The notes under the pieces: model-generated
Told to the model about the DNA's origin: nothing
Database searches by the model: none
What the model saw: only the letters and a program-made list of their open reading frames with translations
Assembly (NCBI GenBank): GCA_046290225.1
Contig: JBKAGE010000083.1
Span: 1 to 14,634, forward strand
DNA length: 14,634 nt
DNA from: Bradymonadia bacterium
Lineage (GTDB): Bacteria > Myxococcota_A > Bradymonadia > UBA7976 > UBA1532
Direction: 5' to 3'
Made by a program: the position numbers and the translations under genes
Part shown: in pieces, positions 8,271 to 14,634 of the stretch
How the letters are laid out: every line of letters starts with the position of its first letter
Numbering within the stretch: the first letter of the stretch is position 1

Positions 8271-9683
8271 ATGACATGCCTGATGGGGGTCTGGCGCTCA
8301 GCCCTCACCTGCCTCGCCGCCCTCGCGTGCCTTGCCCAGCCTGCCCTCGGCCAGATCAGCATCAACGAAGCAGAGCTGGAGCGCATCCTCCAAGAAGACG
8401 TGGCCCCCGTCATCGGCGACGTCGATCTGCTGCTCCTCGAAGGCCCCAAATATCTCGCCAAACGCTTGCCTGCCATGCAGGCCGCCGGTGACTTCGGCGG
8501 CCAGATGGATCTGCTCACCCCCGGCGACTTCAGCCTCGGCATCGGGGTGCTCGGTGGGGTCTTCTTCGGCTTCGACGACGAGGTGGGCAACCGGTTCCAG
8601 AAGTTCCCCAACAAGCTGCCCGAGCCCCTGCCGATCCCTGCGGGGGTGATCTCCGGGCGTGTCGCTGTGACCCCGGACTTCGAGCTGGCAGGGCGCTATG
8701 GGTTCTTCCCGAACTTCGAGGTGAAGTCGAAGGGCTACCTCATCAAGGGCACCACCAGCATCTGGGGTCTCAAGGGGCGGTATCGTCACAGCAGGGCCAA
8801 AGGGTGGACGCCCGCCTTCATCGGCTCCGCGGGCTACAGCTACTTCACCGGTTTCCTCAACGTCGGCCGCGACTTCAGCTTCAATCTGACCCCGATCCGG
8901 AACAACGAGTTCAATCAGACGGTGAACGAGGCCTTTGGCCGGAACGTGCTCGGCGACGGCGAGGAGGTGAACTGGCGGGCGTTCTTCTCCGGTGCCCCCA
9001 TCATCGGCTGGGACATCCATCAGATCAGCCTTGAAGAGCGCATGGTCTGGGACGTGGGCTTCTGGCATCCCTATCTCGGCGCCGGCGTGGATTACGCCTG
9101 GGGCCACGTAGATTCAGGCACCGATCTCGAACTCGACGCCCGCCTCAGCGGTCCGGGGCCCCTCGTCGAGGCCTGGCAGAACGCCAACAACGGCAGCCCC
9201 AAACTCCTCGACATCATCCCCAGGCAGCGACGTACGCTGGTCACCGAGTCCCCCCGAACCCTCGGCGGTCGGGCCATCGTGGGTACCGAGTTCGACATCG
9301 GCTCGGTGGTGCGCTTTGCCCTCGGTGCTCAGTACGACGTGGGCACCGGGAGCATCGCGGGCGGCTTCACCTTACGCTTTGCCAGCATCACGCCCCCTCC
9401 ACCACCGCCACCTCCGCCAGAGGTCAAGCCTCGAACGAAGCGCCCCAAGAAGGGGGCCCGGCGAGGTCAGAGGCCTGGGAAATCAGCCAAGAAGGCACCG
9501 AAGAGTCGAAAGGCGGGCAAGCCTGCGCAGAAGCTGCGCCCAGGGCAAAAGGCAAAGAAGAAGACGCGAAAACGCACGCCGGCCAAGGGGAAGCGCCCCA
9601 AGAAGTCGTCCAAGAAGAAGCCGCCGAATCCAAAGTCCTCGAAGAAGAAGCGTCGACAGCGACAGAAGAAGGCAGAGCCATGA
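8271..9683 (+). CDS. Exported protein, probably an outer-membrane beta-barrel, with C-terminal polyproline and K/R-rich tail, 470 aa
   Basis: GGAGGAG RBS and a signal peptide ending PALG-Q. Amphipathic strands include FELAGRYGF, IWGLKGRY, GSAGYSYF, HPYLGAGVDYAWG, IVGTEFD, FALGAQY and GGFTLRF, followed by P9 and an 85-aa basic tail. GC3-biased codons. Confidence 0.75.
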   Translation: MTCLMGVWRSALTCLAALACLAQPALGQISINEAELERILQEDVAPVIGDVDLLLLEGPKYLAKRLPAMQAAGDFGGQMDLLTPGDFSLGIGVLGGVFFGFDDEVGNRFQKFPNKLPEPLPIPAGVISGRVAVTPDFELAGRYGFFPNFEVKSKGYLIKGTTSIWGLKGRYRHSRAKGWTPAFIGSAGYSYFTGFLNVGRDFSFNLTPIRNNEFNQTVNEAFGRNVLGDGEEVNWRAFFSGAPIIGWDIHQISLEERMVWDVGFWHPYLGAGVDYAWGHVDSGTDLELDARLSGPGPLVEAWQNANNGSPKLLDIIPRQRRTLVTESPRTLGGRAIVGTEFDIGSVVRFALGAQYDVGTGSIAGGFTLRFASITPPPPPPPPPEVKPRTKRPKKGARRGQRPGKSAKKAPKSRKAGKPAQKLRPGQKAKKKTRKRTPAKGKRPKKSSKKKPPNPKSSKKKRRQRQKKAEP

Positions 9684-10138
9684 CCGTGCGCCTCATCGTC
9701 TGGGGGAGTCTGATCACGCTGATGGGATGTTCGGAGAACCCCCTCGATCCCGACGAGATCAACGGCGGCTCAGTGATCAACGAAGAGGTCACTGGGGGTG
9801 CAGGCGGAGGCGTCGAGGCCAACTGCGCCAATACCTGCAACGTGTTGGCGCAATGCCAGGGCGAGCTCGGGCTGCAACTCGCCGACGACTGTGAGACCAA
9901 CTTCTGCCTCAACACCCTCGATGATGGAGCTCGACAGTGTGTCGTGGGAGCAAATCAGTGCGTCGAGGCCGGCGAGTGCATCGGCATCACCTGCGACGCG
10001 GTGTGTGAGGTGTTGTTGCAGTGTGGGGCGCAGGTGACGGCAGAGGAATGTCCGGATCTGTGCAATCAACAGATCGCGGTGCCGTCGAGGACCTGTGTGT
10101 TGCTCTCCAACACCTGCGACGAGGTGGCAGGCTGTTGA
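9680..10138 (+). CDS. Cys-rich lipoprotein with two 8-Cys repeats, 152 aa
   Basis: ATGA overlap with the upstream stop. Lipobox LMG-C, an acidic/Gly linker, then two repeats of C-x3-C-x5-C...C-x3/4-C-x10-C-x6-C-x5-C. Confidence 0.85.
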   Translation: MTVRLIVWGSLITLMGCSENPLDPDEINGGSVINEEVTGGAGGGVEANCANTCNVLAQCQGELGLQLADDCETNFCLNTLDDGARQCVVGANQCVEAGECIGITCDAVCEVLLQCGAQVTAEECPDLCNQQIAVPSRTCVLLSNTCDEVAGC

Positions 10139-10155
10139 TCAGCCTCTGAGCGACA

Positions 10156-13100
10156 TCAGCGGACGTAGATGTAGCCGTTGGTCCAGATGTAGACGTCTTC
10201 GAACTGGCCGCCGCTCTCCGTGCCTCGGATGGTGAAGTTCGAAGAGCTGATGCCCAGGTTGTAGATCTGCCCGTTGGCGGGGAAGGTCCGGGTGCAGCCC
10301 GTGCAGCTGGTGTTGTCGGCGATGCCCTCGTCCACGAAGCTGGTGGTGGGGGTGGCGTTGTCCATGGAGCCGAAGGCGATGTCGCCCCAGCCGTCGTGGG
10401 TGGTGGACCAGTTGTGGTTGGTGAGGTTGGGGCTGCCTGAGGGGCCCATGTCCCAGCTGCCGCTGCTGGGACCGTCCACCACCTGGAAGTTCTCGAGGAA
10501 GAACTGGCTGTAGTTGAAGGGCAGAGTGGTGGACAAGGCCGTCTCGGTCTCGCTGTTGCAGCTACCCGTCTCGCCCATGTGGATGCGGTTGTTGCTCCAA
10601 CGCGCGATGCTGCAGTTGTTCAAGTAGTCGAGCTCCTGGTTGGGGAACGTCTGCATCAACGCAGGGGTCAGGCGGGTCCAGCCGCCATTGTCCGTGGTCA
10701 TGTCACAGGTGACGATGAAGGGGGCGTTGCCGCCAGGGCCATCAGGGTCGATGGTGTAGAGGCCATCGCCGATGTTGTCGACGTAGGTGTAAGGCGCCAC
10801 CGAGGGGTTGCGGTACTCGTTGCAGCTGGTGGCGTAGGTGTTGTCCGCCCACTCACGCGCGCCCGTGTCGATGTCGATGAGCAGACCCGTCTCACAGGCA
10901 CCCGCGTCGCTGCCACCGGCGCCGATGTTGGCCGCCACGTCACGGCAGCCGCCAATGGTGACCTGGCCACAGACCTGGGTCTCACACACTGCCACGCCGA
11001 GCTCTACGCCCTGGCGGATGGTGCTCTGCTCTCCAATGGTGGTCTCGGGGAAGATGATGACGTCGTTCTCGATGGTGACGTCGTCGCCCACATCGGCGCT
11101 GTCGCGAATCAGCACGTTGGTGCCGATGTTGACGTTGTTTCCGTAGGTACTCCGGGGCCACAGGCGGCTGTTGTTCCCGAGCGCGAGGTCGGTGCCGATG
11201 GTGTTCTGCTCGTCCAGAATCACATCGTCGCCGATGCTGGCCCGTGCGCCGATGGTACTGCGGAACAGGATGGTGGTGCGCTCGCCCACGGTGCTGTCGG
11301 CCCCGAGGGTCACGCCATCGTAGAGAGCAGAGTCATCGTGAATGGTGCAGCCCGACTCCACAGTGACGAAGATGCCCAGGGTGGTGTCGTGATGCATGTG
11401 GCCGTTGTCGCCGACGCTGCTCTGGTTCCCGATGAACACCCGGTCTTCCAGAGTCACGTTGTTGCCCAGCGAGCCGCGAACCTCAGTGTTCTCACCGAGG
11501 GTGGCGTCATCGCCCGCGGCAGCACCAGAAGCAAACTCAGCACCAGCGCCCATGGCGAGGCTGTTGCCGATGGTCACGTAGCTGCGCACGATGCCGCCAG
11601 CACCGATGATCGCCTCATCGCCGATGACGGTGTTGCCTTCGACGGTGGCCCCAGCGCCGAGGCTCAGGGTGTGGCCCACGCTGGTGTTGCTGCCGATGCT
11701 CGCGCCTGCGAGCAGGTCGGCGCTGGCGCCCACCTGGCTGTTGTTCCCCAAGGTTGCGCCGTCAGCGAAGCTCGAGCCGTCACCAACGCGACCGAGGATG
11801 CCGACGCTGGTGTTGTTGCCGAAGCTGCTGCCCGCTCCAATGTTGGCCTTGCTGCCAAAGAAACAGTTCGTACCTGCGGTGACGTTGTCACCCAACTCTG
11901 CCAGTACCTCCAACGAGCAGCCCGTGCTCAGGCCCACGTTGGCGCCCAGCCGTACGCCATTGCCCAGGCTGGCGCCGTCGGGTACCACTGAGCCGGCGCC
12001 GATCACAGCGCTGTTGCCCACAGTGCCGTTCACCGTGGCGCCATCGCCGATGTTGGCGTAGGTACCGATGACCGCGTTGTCACCGATGACGATGTCGTTG
12101 CCGAGGGTAGCAGTGGGGTCGATGTCGGCGTTCACGCTCACGCAGGCGTCGCCGTAGCCATCACCGTTGTTGTCCGTCTGATCGGCATTGCTGACAGTCA
12201 CGCAGTTGTCGACATCCTGACAGATGCCATCACCATCGGCGTCATTCGTCGCGTCGTTCGCGCACACATCACAGGCGTCACCCAAGCCATCCGCGTCAGT
12301 GTCTGTCTGAGTCGCGTTGGGGGTCAGGGGGCAGTTGTCCACCTCAGTGGCCACGCCGTCATCATCGTCATCTATCGAGAGCAAGGGCGTGGGCTCGGAG
12401 AGCGCCACCACGGTGCCATCACCGAGATCGAGGTAGGGCAGGTTGTTCCCCATCTCGTTGGCGTTGTCCCCGAGGTTGTTGGAGTTGCCGAGGCCGGTTT
12501 GACCATAGGCACCATAGCCCCAGCACTTCTGACTGCCATCAGTGAACAGCGCGCAGCCGAAGTAGTGCCCCAGGTTCATGTCGGCCACCACCAGGGGCTG
12601 GCCCTGGCCATCAGTGCCGAAGTCCATGTAGGGCAGGTTGTCGCCCATCTCGTTGGCGCTCTCGCCGATTCGGACGTTGTTGCCGTACCCCTGACCGAGT
12701 GAGCCGTAGTAGTTGATGCCCCAGCACTTGGTGCCACCGTTCTCGAGCAGAACACAGTTGTGGTAGGCGCCCGTCCAGAGGTTCTTCACCGTGAGCGGGT
12801 TGCCCTGGCCATCGGTGCCGAAGTCGACGTAGGGCAGGTTGTCGCCCATCTCGTTGGCAGCATCACCGCGGTTGTTGGTGTCACCATAGCCGAGGGTGCC
12901 ATAGCCGCTGTGCCCCCAGCACTTCACACGATCGTTGTCCAACACCGCGCAGAAGTTGTGGATGTTGTTGCCGATGTATTTCGCCGTGCGGCCAGTGCCC
13001 AGGTCGGTGAAGGCAAGGTTGTTGCCCATTTCGCCGGGATTGTCACCCCGCCCGGTGTTGTTGCCGTGACCCAGCTCACCGTGACCGTTGTAACCCCAAC

Positions 13101-13785
13101 ACTTCACCCGGCCATCTTCCAGAATGGCGCAGCTGTTCAGGTAGCCCGCCGTCACCTGGCTCGCGAGCAGTGGCTGGCCGTTCTCGGTGCCGAGGTCGAC
13201 ATAGGGCAGGTTGTCGCCCATGTTGCTGGCGTTGCTGCCGTAGGTGCTGGTGTTGCCCTGGCCCAGGTTGCCCCAGCTGCCCTGACCCCAGCACTTCACC
13301 CTGCCGTTATCGAGCACCACACAGTTGTGGTAGAAATCTGTGTCCAGGAAGGTGGCGGTTCGCCCTGTGCCGAAGTTGATGGGCGGCAGGTTGTTCCCCA
13401 TCTCGTTGGGGCCATCACCGCGATTGCTGGTGTCGCTCTGGCCCAGGCTGCCGTAGCCACCGTGCCCCCAACATTTCACCGCCCCACTCTGCAACCTCGC
13501 GCACGCGGCGTAAATCGACGTGTTCACCTCTACAGCGGGCTCGCCGAGATCGACATAGGGCAGATTGTTCCCCATCTCGTTGGCAGCGTCACCGCGGTTG
13601 TTGGTGTCGCCCTGACCCATCTGGCCGTGACCGCTGTAGCCCCAGCACTTCACCTGACCATCATCAAAGACGGCACATGTGAAGTAGTCATGGTTGGCGT
13701 GGGCGACAGAGGCGCCCAGAAGCGTCAACGTGCCTGCCCCGAGCAGGGTCTTCAGAGCGTGGCGAATGAGATGACGATGCTTCAT
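10156..13785 (-). CDS. Secreted mosaic protein, 1209 aa: RCC1/BLIP-II-type 7-bladed propeller, TSP3-like Ca repeats, long hexapeptide left-handed beta-helix and fibrinogen-like (CDMxxxGGGW-type) C-terminal domain
   Basis: GGAGAG RBS and signal peptide ending AHA-N. Seven C-x(9)-CWG..G.LG..EMG.NLP..D.G repeats. DNCP..PN..Q.D.D.DG.GDACD repeats. About 400 aa of [ILV]G-x-x-x-x hexapeptides. SCNEY...[11 protein letters not shown]...[11 protein letters not shown], ending YIYVR. Confidence 0.92.
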   Translation of the reverse strand: MKHRHLIRHALKTLLGAGTLTLLGASVAHANHDYFTCAVFDDGQVKCWGYSGHGQMGQGDTNNRGDAANEMGNNLPYVDLGEPAVEVNTSIYAACARLQSGAVKCWGHGGYGSLGQSDTSNRGDGPNEMGNNLPPINFGTGRTATFLDTDFYHNCVVLDNGRVKCWGQGSWGNLGQGNTSTYGSNASNMGDNLPYVDLGTENGQPLLASQVTAGYLNSCAILEDGRVKCWGYNGHGELGHGNNTGRGDNPGEMGNNLAFTDLGTGRTAKYIGNNIHNFCAVLDNDRVKCWGHSGYGTLGYGDTNNRGDAANEMGDNLPYVDFGTDGQGNPLTVKNLWTGAYHNCVLLENGGTKCWGINYYGSLGQGYGNNVRIGESANEMGDNLPYMDFGTDGQGQPLVVADMNLGHYFGCALFTDGSQKCWGYGAYGQTGLGNSNNLGDNANEMGNNLPYLDLGDGTVVALSEPTPLLSIDDDDDGVATEVDNCPLTPNATQTDTDADGLGDACDVCANDATNDADGDGICQDVDNCVTVSNADQTDNNGDGYGDACVSVNADIDPTATLGNDIVIGDNAVIGTYANIGDGATVNGTVGNSAVIGAGSVVPDGASLGNGVRLGANVGLSTGCSLEVLAELGDNVTAGTNCFFGSKANIGAGSSFGNNTSVGILGRVGDGSSFADGATLGNNSQVGASADLLAGASIGSNTSVGHTLSLGAGATVEGNTVIGDEAIIGAGGIVRSYVTIGNSLAMGAGAEFASGAAAGDDATLGENTEVRGSLGNNVTLEDRVFIGNQSSVGDNGHMHHDTTLGIFVTVESGCTIHDDSALYDGVTLGADSTVGERTTILFRSTIGARASIGDDVILDEQNTIGTDLALGNNSRLWPRSTYGNNVNIGTNVLIRDSADVGDDVTIENDVIIFPETTIGEQSTIRQGVELGVAVCETQVCGQVTIGGCRDVAANIGAGGSDAGACETGLLIDIDTGAREWADNTYATSCNEYRNPSVAPYTYVDNIGDGLYTIDPDGPGGNAPFIVTCDMTTDNGGWTRLTPALMQTFPNQELDYLNNCSIARWSNNRIHMGETGSCNSETETALSTTLPFNYSQFFLENFQVVDGPSSGSWDMGPSGSPNLTNHNWSTTHDGWGDIAFGSMDNATPTTSFVDEGIADNTSCTGCTRTFPANGQIYNLGISSSNFTIRGTESGGQFEDVYIWTNGYIYVR
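10900..12135 (-). repeat. Intragenic hexapeptide repeat tract (left-handed beta-helix)
   Basis: Continuous 6-residue periodicity, for example [24 protein letters not shown] ... [30 protein letters not shown]. Boundaries are approximate. Confidence 0.88.
12405..13695 (-). repeat. Seven intragenic RCC1-like repeats (about 60-67 aa each)
   Basis: KCWG occurs seven times. Repeats 1 and 5 share [21 protein letters not shown] and are visibly similar at DNA level (about 13545-13655 versus 12820-12927). Confidence 0.9.
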
Positions 13786-13886
13786 CAGCGTCTCTCCATG
13801 TGTAGATGTAAGCTTGCTGGCTCACTGTAAGGTGCAGGGGGGCGCATGACCACACAAAAACACAATGTGGGTAGACCGGGTGGGCA

Positions 13887-13901
13887 GACTCATTCTGAGT
13901 C
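13887..13901. promoter_or_regulatory. Perfect dyad in the intergenic region between the two fibrinogen-domain genes
   Basis: GACTCA-ttc-TGAGTC, about 100 bp upstream of ATG 13785. Function is not assignable. Confidence 0.3.
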
Positions 13902-13948
13902 GGTGGAGAGCTTCTAGGTGGGTGTGTTGTAGATGCTCACTTGCGCGC

Positions 13949-14634
13949 TCAGCGGAGCCACATAGCGATGGAGCTGACGAAGTAATGGCTGCCGCCGTCG
14001 ATACGCCAGTAGACCTGGCCGGAGCTGCTGCCTGCGAAGCTCATGTAGTAGCAGCTTCGGAACCACCAGCCGGAGCGGAAGCTGGAGCCACAGTTGCTGC
14101 TCCACTGGTCGTTGTCGCGGTCGTAGGTGCTGAACGCGTTGCCACCCTGATAGCTGGAGAAGCGACCATCGTCGTTGGACTGTGCGGTGGTGGTGACGGT
14201 CATGAAGTAGTTGGTGGACTCATCACCGACAGAGAAGTTGGCGTACTCGTGGGTGCGGACGTTGGTGCGCACGTCGAGCTCGTTGTTCCCGAGGGCGGTG
14301 AGGGCATGAATGCGGTCATTGCCGAGCCAGCCGAGGTTGCCGTTGGCGGTATCGCCGAAGCCTGCTTTGTAGGTGGCCCAGTTCTGGTGGAAGTTGTTGA
14401 AGTTGGTGGTCTGGTTGTTGAGGGCCAACAGAGTCCAGCCGCCACCATCAGTGGTCATGTCGCAGTAGGCCTGGAACGCGTCGAGGCCACCGGCACCGTC
14501 AGGGTCGAGCCAGTAGGTGCCGTCCTGGTCCGCACCTGAGTTGAGGGCCTCAAGGCAGTTGATTGCCGCGCCCTCGGGGGTGAGGCCGTTGACGCAGCTG
14601 CCGTCGAGCAGGGCCTCAGCCCCCATGTCAGCGT
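13949..14634 (-). CDS. 3' part (5'-truncated) of a protein ending in a canonical fibrinogen C-terminal (FReD) domain
   Basis: The frame is open to the window edge (..ADMGAEA), so ATG 14626 is probably internal. Motifs: NCLE..DGTYWLDPDG, YCDMTTDGGGWT, NWATYKAGFG, WLGNDRIHALT, YANFSVGDE..NY, FSTYDRDND...NC, GWWFRSC, ending MWLR. Confidence 0.92.
   Translation of the reverse strand, partial: ADMGAEALLDGSCVNGLTPEGAAINCLEALNSGADQDGTYWLDPDGAGGLDAFQAYCDMTTDGGGWTLLALNNQTTNFNNFHQNWATYKAGFGDTANGNLGWLGNDRIHALTALGNNELDVRTNVRTHEYANFSVGDESTNYFMTVTTTAQSNDDGRFSSYQGGNAFSTYDRDNDQWSSNCGSSFRSGWWFRSCYYMSFAGSSSGQVYWRIDGGSHYFVSSIAMWLR

Noticed and set aside
7019..8614. 531-aa minus-strand ORF
   Set aside because: It is the antisense shadow of ald and the next gene. 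Long antisense ORFs are expected with strong GC3 bias, and it has no recognisable motifs.
10900..12135. LpxD/GlmU-type acyltransferase annotation
   Set aside because: The hexapeptide tract lies inside a signal-peptide-bearing, disulfide-rich protein and lacks the accompanying catalytic or substrate-binding domains, so a structural role is more plausible.
12405..13695. Regularly spaced DNA repeats resembling a CRISPR array
   Set aside because: The repeats are degenerate at third codon positions, in frame and about 180-200 bp in period. They are protein repeats, and no cas genes are present.
10579..13830. Long plus-strand ORFs 10579-11991 (470 aa) and 12760-13830 (356 aa)
   Set aside because: They are antisense to the 1209-aa gene. 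Their V/A/D-rich repetitiveness simply mirrors its codons.
10156..14634. Diversity-generating retroelement acting on the lectin-like tips
   Set aside because: There is no reverse transcriptase and no near-identical template/variable repeat pair differing only at adenines in the window. The AAC richness reflects Asn content. A remote DGR cannot be excluded.

Overview
GC-rich, fully coding bacterial DNA. The MYXO-CTERM sorting signal, Cys-rich and Ca-binding repeat proteins and the TonB-receptor/lipoprotein pair point to a Myxococcota or Bradymonadia-like deltaproteobacterium (inference). Left to right: the 3' end of a probable YfbK-type VWA gene, a stand-alone receiver-domain protein (-), a GNAT acetyltransferase, a TonB-dependent receptor coupled to a lipoprotein, an 825-aa MYXO-CTERM surface protein with a prenyltransferase/terpene-cyclase-like head on a Cys-rich stalk (-), alanine dehydrogenase (ald), a probable outer-membrane beta-barrel protein with a polyproline plus K/R-rich tail, a 2x8-Cys lipoprotein, and two tandem minus-strand genes ending in fibrinogen-related domains. 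The complete one of these two is a 1209-aa secreted mosaic: 7-bladed RCC1/BLIP-II propeller, TSP3-like repeats, about 400 aa of hexapeptide beta-helix, and a fibrinogen-like tip. The best candidate for an undescribed system is this pair, which looks like paralogous, probably trimeric fibres with exchangeable tips diverging at a shared CDMTTDxGGWT junction. I saw no mobile element, CRISPR array, tRNA or rRNA. All calls come from motif recognition by eye, with no database searches.
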